From Gammaproteobacteria bacterium (GTDB taxonomy: Bacteria; Pseudomonadota; Gammaproteobacteria; UBA4575), in NCBI GenBank assembly GCA_965243395.1, contig CBDEUS010000002.1, forward strand, positions 256,001-320,000: 64,000 nucleotides of DNA. Direction: 5' to 3'. The notes beneath the pieces are model-generated. The model worked only from the letters and a program-made list of their open reading frames with translations, searched no databases and was not told the origin of the DNA. The position numbers and the translations under genes were made by a program. Shown here piece after piece: positions 30,604-40,433 of this stretch; positions within the stretch are counted from its first letter, which is position 1, and each line of letters starts with the position of its first letter.

Positions 30604-31002
30604 TTAGCCGTCTGAAGCCGCCTCTGCTGCATCGCCAGCGTGCTCTTTTGCTTTCTCAGCTGCATCACCCGCATGTTCTTTTGCTTTTTCAACAACCTCT
30701 TCAGCTTTTTCCATCATGGTTTCACCATCTTCTGAGGCCATTTCCTCTTCAATAGGAGGAAGAGAATCCCAATCTGGTAGTGGCTCAAGTTTAGGTCCGC
30801 CAGCTGAATCAGCTGCATCGCCCGCATGCTCTTTGGCCTCTTCACCTGCGTGCTCTTTAGCTTCATCACCCGCATGTTCTTTGGCTTCTCCGGCCTCTTC
30901 ACCTGCGTGCTCTTTAGCTTCATCGCCTGCGTGCTCAGCATCATCTTTGCTGCAGCCAAACATTAAGGCAGCGACTAATAATAGTAATATTAATTTATAC
31001 AT
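30604..31002 (-). CDS. acidic lipoprotein with seven EHAG repeats
   Basis: Signal peptide ending LMFG-C, AGGAG upstream; repeats vary at synonymous positions in this frame. Confidence 0.8.
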   Translation of the reverse strand: MYKLILLLLVAALMFGCSKDDAEHAGDEAKEHAGEEAGEAKEHAGDEAKEHAGEEAKEHAGDAADSAGGPKLEPLPDWDSLPPIEEEMASEDGETMMEKAEEVVEKAKEHAGDAAEKAKEHAGDAAEAASDG

Positions 31003-31307
31003 CAGAAACTCACTCCTATAAGTATTATATTTTTTGATTTTTTATATTTTTTAGTATGTCACTTTAGCATGCTCTAGCGAGCAGTGACGCTAATGTAGTG
31101 TAGGCACTCTCTTGACAGAATATAAAATGTCTATATTTTTATTGTGGTTATTATTATTATTTTTATACTGAATACTCATCTCAAAATGAGTAAACAATAA
31201 ATAATTATAACAAGCGATGAAGTGTTTGGAATTGTTATTTGTGCATTATTTATACGCAATGCTATACAAGATATTGATTAAGCTGTAATTAAAAGTCAGT
31301 CAGCCTG

Positions 31308-32030
31308 TTATTTATCAATGTCTGCAAGCTCGCCTTTAACCTGCTCGAAACTTGTATGGCGAACATCGGTTCCTGCAACGGTATAGATTATATATTCACA
31401 TATATTTTTTGCGTGATCTCCAATCCTTTCTAGAGAACGTGCGCACCACATTACTCTTAGTGCTCGCTTAATAGCTCTTGGATCTTCCATCATATGCGTA
31501 ATGAGTTGTCGGACTAAAGAATCATATTCGTCATTTATTTCGCGATCACCTTTTGCAATAGCTAAAGCATTTTCTGTATCCATGCGCGCAAATGCGTCCA
31601 AACTATCATGCAACATTTTTCGCACCTGCTCACCTAAATGTTTAATCTCCATATAATAATCAGGCGTGCGCTCTACCGTAGCAAGTTTTACTGCATGTCG
31701 ACCAATTTTTTCTGCTTCATCACCAATTCTTTCTAAATCAGTTATGGTTTTAATCATGGTTACGACTAAACGCAGATCACTTGCTGCGGGCTGTCTTTTT
31801 GCAATAACTTGTGTACATTCTTCATCAATCGCAACTTCCATAGAGTTAATTTTATAATCACTAGTTGCAACATCTTCAGCTAAGCTACTGTCCGATCTCG
31901 TTAAGGCAATTAATGCATTTTCGACTTGTTTTTCTACCAAGCCGCCCATATTCAACACTTTGCTACGTAATGATTCTAAATCTTCATCAAATTGATGAGA
32001 GATATGTTGTCCTATATCTTGATAAACCAT
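31308..32030 (-). CDS. phoU: phosphate signalling protein PhoU
   Basis: RQPAASDLR, DLERIGD, LERIGDHAKNICE. Confidence 0.97.
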   Translation of the reverse strand: MVYQDIGQHISHQFDEDLESLRSKVLNMGGLVEKQVENALIALTRSDSSLAEDVATSDYKINSMEVAIDEECTQVIAKRQPAASDLRLVVTMIKTITDLERIGDEAEKIGRHAVKLATVERTPDYYMEIKHLGEQVRKMLHDSLDAFARMDTENALAIAKGDREINDEYDSLVRQLITHMMEDPRAIKRALRVMWCARSLERIGDHAKNICEYIIYTVAGTDVRHTSFEQVKGELADIDK

Positions 32031-32048
32031 AATTGCCTCTCAGTTCAC

Positions 32049-32873
32049 TTAACCGTAACGGCCGGTAATATAATCCTCTGTCTTCTTTTCGTTCGGGTTG
32101 GTAAACAGTTGATTAGTTGCTCCGAATTCAATCAACTCACCTAAATATAAAAATGCTGTGTAGTCTGATACACGTGCAGCTTGTTGCATGTTATGTGTAA
32201 CGATAACTACTGTGTATTGTTCTTTAAGTTGAATAATTAATTCTTCAATCTTTAATGTTGAAATCGGATCAAGCGCCGATGCAGGTTCGTCTAATAAAAT
32301 AACTTCTGGTTGAATCGCAATGGCTCTTGCAATAACAAGGCGCTGCTGTTGTCCGCCAGATAGACCAAGTGCATTGTCTTCCAAACGATCTTTAACTTCT
32401 TCCCAAAGAGCTGCGCCTTTTAAAGCCCACTCTACTCGTTCGTCTAAGACTCGTTTTTTGTTAATGCCTTGCAAACGCAAACCATAGGCAACATTTTCAT
32501 ATACCGTTTTTGGGAATGGATTAGGTTTTTGAAAAACCATGCCCACTTTACGACGAAGCTCTGCAACATTTACAGATTTAGAATTAATGTCTTCTCCATG
32601 TAATAACATCTGTCCTTCCAACCTTACAGAATCAATTAAATCATTCATGCGATTCATACAACGCAATAAAGTTGACTTTCCACAACCACTAGGGCCAATA
32701 AATGCAGTCACTCTTTTTTCTGGAATATTCAAATTAATATTTTTTAAAGCCTGCGCAGCACCATAAAAAAGATTAAAGTCCTTACATTCAAAACAAGTAT
32801 TTTCATTTTCTAATGAAAGACCTTCTGCATTAAGAAGCACTTCATGTGATACGTTTGGGGCTGCCATGGTCAT
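32049..32873 (-). CDS. pstB: phosphate ABC transporter ATPase
   Basis: [32 protein letters not shown]. Confidence 0.97.
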   Translation of the reverse strand: MTMAAPNVSHEVLLNAEGLSLENENTCFECKDFNLFYGAAQALKNINLNIPEKRVTAFIGPSGCGKSTLLRCMNRMNDLIDSVRLEGQMLLHGEDINSKSVNVAELRRKVGMVFQKPNPFPKTVYENVAYGLRLQGINKKRVLDERVEWALKGAALWEEVKDRLEDNALGLSGGQQQRLVIARAIAIQPEVILLDEPASALDPISTLKIEELIIQLKEQYTVVIVTHNMQQAARVSDYTAFLYLGELIEFGATNQLFTNPNEKKTEDYITGRYG

Positions 32874-32914
32874 TTTCCTAAACTCCTAATCCTTATATTA
32901 TTAAATGGATTCAA

Positions 32915-34597
32915 TTAGTGTTGTTCTAGGCTCCTATATTTTTCTCTTAAATGATTACGTATGTATATTGCAGAAAGATTTAAAATGACGATTACTACCA
33001 CCAATATTAATGCCGTTGCATAAACCAATGGCCTTGCGGCTTCCACATTTGGACTTTGAAAACCCACATCATAAATATGGAACCCTAGATGCATAAATTT
33101 CCTTTCTAGATGCACAAACGGTGCGTTCATGTCTAGCGGTAACGATGGGGCTAACTTTACAGCACCCACTAACATTAATGGAGCTACCTCACCCGCGGCA
33201 CGCGCAACGGCTAAAATTAATCCCGTCATCATTGCCGGACTCGTCATCGGCAGTACTGTGCGCCACAAAGTTTCTGCTTTCGTGGCACCCAGAGCAAGCG
33301 AACCCTCTCTGACCGCTCGGGGTATACGAGACAAGCCTTCTTCCGTGGCCACAATCACGACAGGCACGGTAAGCAACGCCAGAGTCAATGAAGCCCAAAG
33401 TATACCTCCGGAACCAAAAGTAGGGGCGGGCAAGGCTTCTCTAAAAAATAATTCATCAATCGAGCCGCCCACCACATAAACAAAAAAACCTAAACCAAAT
33501 ACGCCATAAACAATAGATGGTACACCTGCTAAGTTATTTACAGAAATGCGTACCAATCGAGTGATAAACCCTTGATGTGCATATTCACGTAAATATATCG
33601 CTGCGATCACGCCAAAAGGCGTCACGATAATAGACATGAGTAAGACCATAACTACCGTTCCAAAAATAGCAGGGAAAATTCCACCTTCTGTATTAGCTTC
33701 GCGCGGGTCATCCGTAATAAAGCCCCAAAATGTTTTAATATAAAAGATTATTTTTTCGCCTACGTGCATCGCGTTGGGACGATAGGCTTTAACAATATTT
33801 GCGAGTTTGATTTCCTTCTCGCCGCCGGTCATTTCCCGCAAAATAATGCTGTCTTGAGACATTTCTATATAAAGACTGTCTAGTTCTGCCTTTAATATTT
33901 CATAATCTGCAGTGTATTTAACTTTTTGATCATCGAGTTCTTGATATTTCGCGGGATCATCAACTTCATCTAATTCTAAGCCACGTCTTTTTAAACGCAG
34001 CTTTTCCAATTTATAGTTAATCGCACCGATATCATGTTTTTCAATATGCTCTATTCTTTCTCGAAGTTGAAATATATTATCTAAACGTTGTTCAAGATCT
34101 TGCCACTTGATTTCATCATAGAGATTAAGGACCTCTCCTTTTGATTTGATTTCTTTAAGATAACCGTAGAAATTTCCCCATTGAGTACGTTCCAGCACAA
34201 GCACATCTTTTGGTTTTTCAATTTTAAGCTCGTTAGGCTCAACGGTAAGCATAAAGTCGATACCTAAGATTTCACGATTGCCTACTTTAATTAAGCTACG
34301 TTTTATTTGTTCATCATCAGAACGAACTTTGATACCTGACTCAATAATTCTCTGTCTTGGAACTTGTTCTGTTTCAACTCTTTCACCAATTATTGTTGCG
34401 ATTTGAGTTCCATTATCGTATTCAATTTCATATACGGTTTTCGGCCAAAAATGTCCTAAACCTCGAGATGCAATCAACAGCAATAACCCAAAAACCATAA
34501 TCATGCTAATAGCAACTGCACCTGCATTCAGCCACACCCATGGCGTGCCTGAAGACATAAAGTTTTTAAAAGTATGCTTATGATCGTTCATATTCAT
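32915..34597 (-). CDS. pstA: phosphate ABC permease PstA, long form with periplasmic insertion
   Basis: PREANTEGG, NLAGVPSIVYG, ARAAGEVAP. Confidence 0.95.
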   Translation of the reverse strand: MNMNDHKHTFKNFMSSGTPWVWLNAGAVAISMIMVFGLLLLIASRGLGHFWPKTVYEIEYDNGTQIATIIGERVETEQVPRQRIIESGIKVRSDDEQIKRSLIKVGNREILGIDFMLTVEPNELKIEKPKDVLVLERTQWGNFYGYLKEIKSKGEVLNLYDEIKWQDLEQRLDNIFQLRERIEHIEKHDIGAINYKLEKLRLKRRGLELDEVDDPAKYQELDDQKVKYTADYEILKAELDSLYIEMSQDSIILREMTGGEKEIKLANIVKAYRPNAMHVGEKIIFYIKTFWGFITDDPREANTEGGIFPAIFGTVVMVLLMSIIVTPFGVIAAIYLREYAHQGFITRLVRISVNNLAGVPSIVYGVFGLGFFVYVVGGSIDELFFREALPAPTFGSGGILWASLTLALLTVPVVIVATEEGLSRIPRAVREGSLALGATKAETLWRTVLPMTSPAMMTGLILAVARAAGEVAPLMLVGAVKLAPSLPLDMNAPFVHLERKFMHLGFHIYDVGFQSPNVEAARPLVYATALILVVVIVILNLSAIYIRNHLREKYRSLEQH

Positions 34598-34599
34598 AT

Positions 34600-36876
34600 T
34601 TATAATGTGCTGTATTTAACACGTAATCGCTGACGCACTATTTCCGCAATAGTGTTAAAGAAAAACGTAAACAAAAATAAAACCAAGGCGGCGAGAAACA
34701 GAATTCTAAAATGTGTGCTATCGACTTCCGATTCAGGTAGTTCAACCGCAACGTTCGCAGACAAAGTACGCATCCCTTCAAAAATACTAAAATCCATCAC
34801 AGGTGTATTACCTGTCGCCATGAGCACAATCATGGTCTCGCCTACTGCGCGACCCAAACCAATCATCGTGGCAGAAAATATTCCAGGACTTGCAGAAGGC
34901 AAAACTACACGCACTAAAGTTTGCCAAGGCGTTGCGCCTAACGCTAAAGATCCTGAAGATAAATGTTTAGGTACACTAAAAATGGCATCTTCTGCGATAG
35001 AAAATATAGTCGGGATCACTGCAAACCCCATTGCAATACCAATGATGATTGAGTTTCTTTGGTCATAACCAATGCCCATGGTATCGGTGAGCCATAAACG
35101 CATATTGCCATCAAAAAACACGCGCTCCATCCACGGGCTTGCGCCCAAAGCAATCCAACCACATATAAGCACTATGGGTACTAGTAAAGCAGCCTGCCAA
35201 CCATCAGGAATTTGATTTTTAATTTTATCGGGTATAAACCACCACACTATGCTCGCTAAGATAATTCCTAATGGCAGTGCAATAAGAGAAGCAAATACGC
35301 CCGGTAAATGTGATTCAACAAACGGTGCTAACCAAAGACCTGCAAGGAAACCCAAAATTACAGTCGGCAAGGCTTCCATAATTTCGATGGAAGGTTTCAC
35401 AATGCCACGCATTTTTGGTGCCATGAAGTAAGCTGTAAAAATAGCGCCACATATTGCTAAAGGCATTGCAACCAACATGGCATAAAAAGCAGCTTTGAAG
35501 GTTCCGAAAGTTAAAGGTGTAAGACTAAACTTGGGTTCAAAGTCACTGGAAGCAGAAGACGATTGCCAAATATAATCTGGCTCAGGATAATTCTCGTACC
35601 AGACTTTGCCCCAAATCGAGCTAAAGGAAGATTCAGGATGTTCACTATCCAGTTCCCAAATATGCAATTTGCCAGATTTGTCTTCGGTAATAATTTTATT
35701 ACTTCTAGGGGCAATACCAAGATGCTGCAACGGTTGATCAATTATATTTTCCGTGATGACGTGGCGTGATGCCGTGGTATGAAAGATTGAAATATTGCCG
35801 CCTTCATCTGTAACTACAAATCCTTTACGTAGTTGCTCGGCGGTGATGCTGGTAATTTTCGCGTCCCCACTTTTGAAATTTCTAATCGGTGTTAATTTAT
35901 AAGCCCCGCTTTCATCACGCACTAAAAACAATTGATGTATATTGCCGTGATCATCCGCAAGTAATAAAGAAATACCTCCAATTAAAAATTCAAGTACGGT
36001 GGGGTTATTACCTTCATCAAGTACTGAAACTGCTTCAATATGAATTGGCTCATCTTTTTTACGTATATCGTAATAGTCAATGGCACCTTTAGTATTAAGC
36101 AGGTATAGCCACTGTCGTTCAGGCGATATCAACACCTTAATAGGTTTATCAACATAGGGAAGCTGTACCTGACTTGTAAGTTCTAAAGTGAGTTCATCCT
36201 CATCCAAAAATGAAGTTTGTTTTTCAAAATTAATTAACCTCGGTCCACTATTTGTATGTGCGAATACTGTAATCCCACTTTCATTATCACTAATCGCAAT
36301 ACTTTCGAGAGTTTGCTCGCCAATTTCCAGGTTAATAGGCTCCTCACCATAAGGAAAAGTAATGCTTGGAATAATGGTACGCTTGCCTTCATTGAATCTG
36401 GCTGCATATTGATGTCGAAAAATAAGTACTTTGCCGTTACTCAATCCTAATCCAAGGATATTTTGCTCTTTACTGATATGACTCCAACTATTTATTTTTA
36501 CCTGTTCGTCCTTTAGCAAATTTTCTGATGATATATTTTTGCCACCCTCAATATAAAAAAAGTTCGCCGTACCTGCGTCATCAAGACGCATCCCAATTTC
36601 GGCTTGCTCTTCGATTGAATACAATAAAGTTTTATGCTCGGTTTCATTCAACGGATAACTTGCAACCTCATGCATAACCGCCCCTTTAAATAAGGGGAAC
36701 ACTACTGCAAATAAAAATAAGAAAATTAGAATGATGGAGCCGATGACCGCGACACCACCTACGCCCACTAAATATCGTGCTAATACATCTCTAATTGATC
36801 GGCGTTTCCATAAATCATGATCAAATTCCAATGGCTTTGGAACTGTTAATTGAGATGAACCTGATTCTTCAGACAT
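34600..36876 (-). CDS. pstC: phosphate ABC permease PstC, long form with large periplasmic domain
   Basis: WGKVWYENYPEP, LPTVILGF, GRAVGETM. Confidence 0.95.
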   Translation of the reverse strand: MSEESGSSQLTVPKPLEFDHDLWKRRSIRDVLARYLVGVGGVAVIGSIILIFLFLFAVVFPLFKGAVMHEVASYPLNETEHKTLLYSIEEQAEIGMRLDDAGTANFFYIEGGKNISSENLLKDEQVKINSWSHISKEQNILGLGLSNGKVLIFRHQYAARFNEGKRTIIPSITFPYGEEPINLEIGEQTLESIAISDNESGITVFAHTNSGPRLINFEKQTSFLDEDELTLELTSQVQLPYVDKPIKVLISPERQWLYLLNTKGAIDYYDIRKKDEPIHIEAVSVLDEGNNPTVLEFLIGGISLLLADDHGNIHQLFLVRDESGAYKLTPIRNFKSGDAKITSITAEQLRKGFVVTDEGGNISIFHTTASRHVITENIIDQPLQHLGIAPRSNKIITEDKSGKLHIWELDSEHPESSFSSIWGKVWYENYPEPDYIWQSSSASSDFEPKFSLTPLTFGTFKAAFYAMLVAMPLAICGAIFTAYFMAPKMRGIVKPSIEIMEALPTVILGFLAGLWLAPFVESHLPGVFASLIALPLGIILASIVWWFIPDKIKNQIPDGWQAALLVPIVLICGWIALGASPWMERVFFDGNMRLWLTDTMGIGYDQRNSIIIGIAMGFAVIPTIFSIAEDAIFSVPKHLSSGSLALGATPWQTLVRVVLPSASPGIFSATMIGLGRAVGETMIVLMATGNTPVMDFSIFEGMRTLSANVAVELPESEVDSTHFRILFLAALVLFLFTFFFNTIAEIVRQRLRVKYSTL

Positions 36877-36921
36877 GCTTATAGTTTTTATTATTGGATT
36901 CAGGAGTAAAAAGTATACTCG

Positions 36922-36951
36922 AAAAAAAGGCCCTGCATCACAGGGCCTTTC
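36922..36951 (-). terminator. intrinsic terminator between pstS and pstC
   Basis: Minus strand aaaggccctg-tgatg-cagggccttt followed by further Ts. Confidence 0.85.
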
Positions 36952-37012
36952 ACTTATTCAGGCAGTTGCCCTTAAACCTAATCTAAATATATAGATAGGT
37001 CTATTATTATTA

Positions 37013-38023
37013 TTATTCTGCAGCGCTTACCTTCATGGCACTTTTTTCTACATCAATAGAAGCCAGCGCTTTGTCAGCAACTTTTGACGGTAACGGAATA
37101 TAACCATCTTTTACTACAACTTTTTGACCTTGGGTAGATAGCACCATTTTAATGAACTCGCTCTCAAGTGGAGAAAGTGGCTTGCCAGGCGCCTTATTTA
37201 CATAGACATACAAAAATCTAGCAAGAGGATAATCACCTGTTATGGCATTTTCAGATGTAGCTTCAATAGCGCCTGAATTACCTTTTGATAATGCAACCGC
37301 TTTTACACCAGAGGTCTTGTAACCAATACCTGAATAACCAATTCCGTTTAGAGATGAAGATACAGACTGAACAACCGATGCAGAACCTGGTTGCTCATTT
37401 ACAGTTGACTTGAAGTCACCTTTACAAAGTGCTTTTTTCTTAAAGTATCCATATGTACCTGATACGGAGTTACGACCAAATAATTGAATGTCGCGTTTAC
37501 CCCAATCGCTTTCTAAACCAAGATCGCCCCATGTTGCAATATCAGCAGCACCGCCACATGTGCGCGTGCTAGAAAATACAGCGTCTACTTGCTCAATGCT
37601 CATGCTTTGAATGGGATTATCTTTGTGTACATATACTGCTAAAGCATCTATTGCTACTGGAATTGCAGTAGGCTTGTAACCAAATTTCTTTTCAAATGAT
37701 GCAAGTTCTTTGTCTTTCATCTTTCGGCTCATAGGACCTAGATTTGAAGTGCCTTCAGTCAATGCAGGCGGTGCAGTAGAAGAGCCTGCTGCTTGAATTT
37801 GAATATTAACGTTAGGATAAAAACGCTTGTATTCTTCTGCCCAAAGAGTCATCAAATTTGCCAGTGTGTCAGAACCAACACTCGATAAGTTGCCTGAAAC
37901 ACCACTTGTGGCTGCATACTCACCAAGGTCAGCATCTACGCTCACCTCAGCCGACACGGACGCTGCTGAAGTAATTAGCAATGCTGCTGTAATTACGTAA
38001 AATTTCTTAATCAATGCGTACAT
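37013..38023 (-). CDS. pstS: phosphate-binding protein PstS
   Basis: Signal peptide, [27 protein letters not shown]. Confidence 0.95.
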   Translation of the reverse strand: MYALIKKFYVITAALLITSAASVSAEVSVDADLGEYAATSGVSGNLSSVGSDTLANLMTLWAEEYKRFYPNVNIQIQAAGSSTAPPALTEGTSNLGPMSRKMKDKELASFEKKFGYKPTAIPVAIDALAVYVHKDNPIQSMSIEQVDAVFSSTRTCGGAADIATWGDLGLESDWGKRDIQLFGRNSVSGTYGYFKKKALCKGDFKSTVNEQPGSASVVQSVSSSLNGIGYSGIGYKTSGVKAVALSKGNSGAIEATSENAITGDYPLARFLYVYVNKAPGKPLSPLESEFIKMVLSTQGQKVVVKDGYIPLPSKVADKALASIDVEKSAMKVSAAE

Positions 38024-38084
38024 TAAAAAACTCCTGAAAGTTATGGATTATTTTGATTTTCGATGTTGAGCTTAGGATTCATGT

Positions 38085-38124
38085 GTTACAAGCTTATGGT
38101 ATGAATATTACAGTTTTGTTAAAC
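38085..38124 (-). promoter_or_regulatory. Pho-box array upstream of pstS
   Basis: Minus strand gtttaac-aaaa-ctgtaat-attc-ataccat-aagc-ttgtaac (11 bp period), then 10 nt and -10 TAAGCT. Confidence 0.8.
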
Positions 38125-38140
38125 CATAAGTATCTGTTTT

Positions 38141-39457
38141 TTATGAATTATTTCCGTTTAATGTGATTCGATCTGCAGGAAAATTACATATAAAACGACT
38201 TCCCACACCTAATTCACTTTCAATTTCCAGATGGCCATCATGTCGCCCCAGAATATGCTTTACGATCGACAACCCTAAACCGGTGCCGCCTTTCTCGCGC
38301 GAACGCCCGGCATCCACCCGATAAAAACGTTCTGTTAATCTTTCGATATGCTCCTCAGCTATACCTTGCCCTTCATCTTCAACGATAAGTTGGACTACAT
38401 CATTACTTGCTTTCTTCCATATAACATTTATTTTAGATCCTGGTTCAGTATGTTTTACGGCGTTGTTAATTAAATTTGACACGACACTGTGAATTTCTTG
38501 TAAATCCCCTTTAATCATCAAATCGCTATCAATTTGTGTAGCTATTTTATGATTGGTAAACCATGTTGAGAGTTTGGCGTCTTCGACTACCTCCGTTATT
38601 AATGAAGCCACAGGAACCACTTCAGCGTCTTTTGCAGCGGAACTTGTAGACTCTAATCGCGAAAGTGTTAACAGGTCTTCTACTAATTGTTTCATACGAT
38701 GCGCTTGTACCTCTGCGGCACTAATAGCAATTTTGCATTCTTCACTTAGGTTATTGTTCATCATAAGAGACTCTAAATAACCAAGAATTACCGTGAGAGG
38801 TGTACGCAATTCATGTGAAGCATTGGAAATAAAGCTGCGACGCATTTCGTAAATACGCGCAGATTGAGACATATCTTGACCAATTAAAACGAGCTTGCTT
38901 TCGCCAAATGGAATAATGCGTACGCTGAGCTCTGATTCATTTGCGGAAGATCCTCTGATTTCTAAAGGCTCATCAAACTTTCCTGCATTAAAGTAATCTG
39001 TAAAGGAAGGGTTTCGCACAAGCTGTGTTATGCGAGTGTTTTTATCTTGTTCAAGATCAATTTGTAATAAATCGTTTGCTGCTTGGTTTGCGGATAAAAT
39101 CTCTCCACTTATTCCCATCACAACCACGGCATCGGGCAATGCTGAAATCATTTGTTTATACTGATTAATTAAATCTTGAAACTCAGATTTTTTAACTTGA
39201 TGTGCTTTTTGCAAATCAACAATATTTGAAACATGTTGATCAGCAATGCCCAAATATTCTGGGGCATCTTCTACAATGGCACCAGCATCTAGCCATTGTT
39301 TGAGTGTGACTAACTGTCTAGCAGTCCACAACCCATAAATGACTAAACCTAGAATAAAAAATAGTGGAAAAAATCCTGTGAAAAAACCAATTAGAGTACA
39401 TGGGACAAAAACTAAAAGTATTCTATTTAGTTCTGATAACCATGCACTGAATGACAT
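38141..39457 (-). CDS. phoR: phosphate regulon sensor kinase
   Basis: NASHELRTPLTVILGYLE, PAS, RLTERFYRVD, GGTGLGLSIVKH. Confidence 0.96.
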   Translation of the reverse strand: MSFSAWLSELNRILLVFVPCTLIGFFTGFFPLFFILGLVIYGLWTARQLVTLKQWLDAGAIVEDAPEYLGIADQHVSNIVDLQKAHQVKKSEFQDLINQYKQMISALPDAVVVMGISGEILSANQAANDLLQIDLEQDKNTRITQLVRNPSFTDYFNAGKFDEPLEIRGSSANESELSVRIIPFGESKLVLIGQDMSQSARIYEMRRSFISNASHELRTPLTVILGYLESLMMNNNLSEECKIAISAAEVQAHRMKQLVEDLLTLSRLESTSSAAKDAEVVPVASLITEVVEDAKLSTWFTNHKIATQIDSDLMIKGDLQEIHSVVSNLINNAVKHTEPGSKINVIWKKASNDVVQLIVEDEGQGIAEEHIERLTERFYRVDAGRSREKGGTGLGLSIVKHILGRHDGHLEIESELGVGSRFICNFPADRITLNGNNS

Positions 39458-40146
39458 TATTTCTTTTCGGAAAAACGATAACCGTAACCACGTACCGTTT
39501 GAATCATTTGATCACAATTTAAAGGCTTAAGTAATTTTCTTAAACGCACAATATGAACATCTACTGTACGCTCTTCTACATACATGTTACGACCCCATAC
39601 GTAATCTAACAACTGATTCCGTGAATAAACCCGATCTGGATGAGTCATAAAAAATTCTAGTAACCGAAATTCGGTCGGTCCCAAATCTAGAGACTCATCA
39701 TGTACATAGGCACGATGAGCATTTAAATCTAATCGGATTGGCCCAATTTTTACTTCATTTTCAAGGCTGCCTGAGCCTCTGCGCAATACTGCACGTATAC
39801 GCGCAGTTAACTCTTTTACCGAAAATGGTTTAGTGATGTAGTCATCAGCACCTGAGTCTAGGCCATCTATTTTATCCCTTTCTTCTACACGTGCGGTAAG
39901 CATAATAACGGGCACTTCTTGCATAGTATCCTTGCGCTTCCAGCGACGCAAAAGCTCTAAACCGCTTGTATCAGGCAACATCCAGTCTAAGAGAATTAAG
40001 TCAGGTAAGTTATTAGCAATTTGTAATTCAGCCGCGCTGCCATTCTCAGCTTCATCAATTACATAGCCTTCTTGCCCTAATGCAAAAGACACCATTTCTC
40101 GAATCGAGTGTTCGTCTTCAATTAAAAGTATGCGTTTACTGCTCAT
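39457..40146 (-). CDS. phoB: phosphate regulon response regulator
   Basis: LILLDWMLP, GADDYITKPF, LGPTEFRLL, ERTVDVHIVRLRK; start 40146 (alternative 40206). Confidence 0.96.
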   Translation of the reverse strand: MSSKRILLIEDEHSIREMVSFALGQEGYVIDEAENGSAAELQIANNLPDLILLDWMLPDTSGLELLRRWKRKDTMQEVPVIMLTARVEERDKIDGLDSGADDYITKPFSVKELTARIRAVLRRGSGSLENEVKIGPIRLDLNAHRAYVHDESLDLGPTEFRLLEFFMTHPDRVYSRNQLLDYVWGRNMYVEERTVDVHIVRLRKLLKPLNCDQMIQTVRGYGYRFSEKK

Positions 40147-40235
40147 ATTTTGAGCCTGAATGGAATGGAGTGAATGATGTTCTTCTGCAACATATTGATT
40201 CTGCATGATTGTAACCCGCTATGAAACGAAGGGGC

Positions 40236-40269
40236 ATTATTTTCCACATTTGTTACAGAACTATTATCT
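40236..40269 (-). promoter_or_regulatory. Pho box and -10 upstream of phoB (autoregulation)
   Basis: Minus strand agataat-agtt-ctgtaac, 10 nt, AATAAT. Confidence 0.55.
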
Positions 40270-40331
40270 ACCTTTAAATCAACTAGATGCATGAATCAGA
40301 TGGGTTATGACTATATACCTAAACTCTATGC

Positions 40332-40387
40332 TTGTAACAAAATTGTAATAATTTATTCATATTGGTTTCACAGACATTGCGCAAGAT
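40332..40387 (+). promoter_or_regulatory. Pho-box array and -10 upstream of porin
   Basis: ttgtaac-aaaa-ttgtaat-aatt-tattcat-attg-gtttcac, 10 nt, CAAGAT. Confidence 0.8.
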
Positions 40388-40433
40388 TCTCAGCCTGTAA
40401 ATTAATAATTATCAAATAACAGGGAGGCTCTTC

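Noticed and set aside
30716-31021. Plus-strand ORF with SPACSLAS repeats and the minus-strand ORF 30714..30959
   Set aside because: Alternative-frame by-products of the EHAG repeat gene; no RBS or signal, and the DNA repeats are tandem coding repeats without spacers, so not CRISPR
32915-36876. Unusually long PstA and PstC with large periplasmic domains
   Set aside because: Known long forms in Pseudomonas and related gammaproteobacteria
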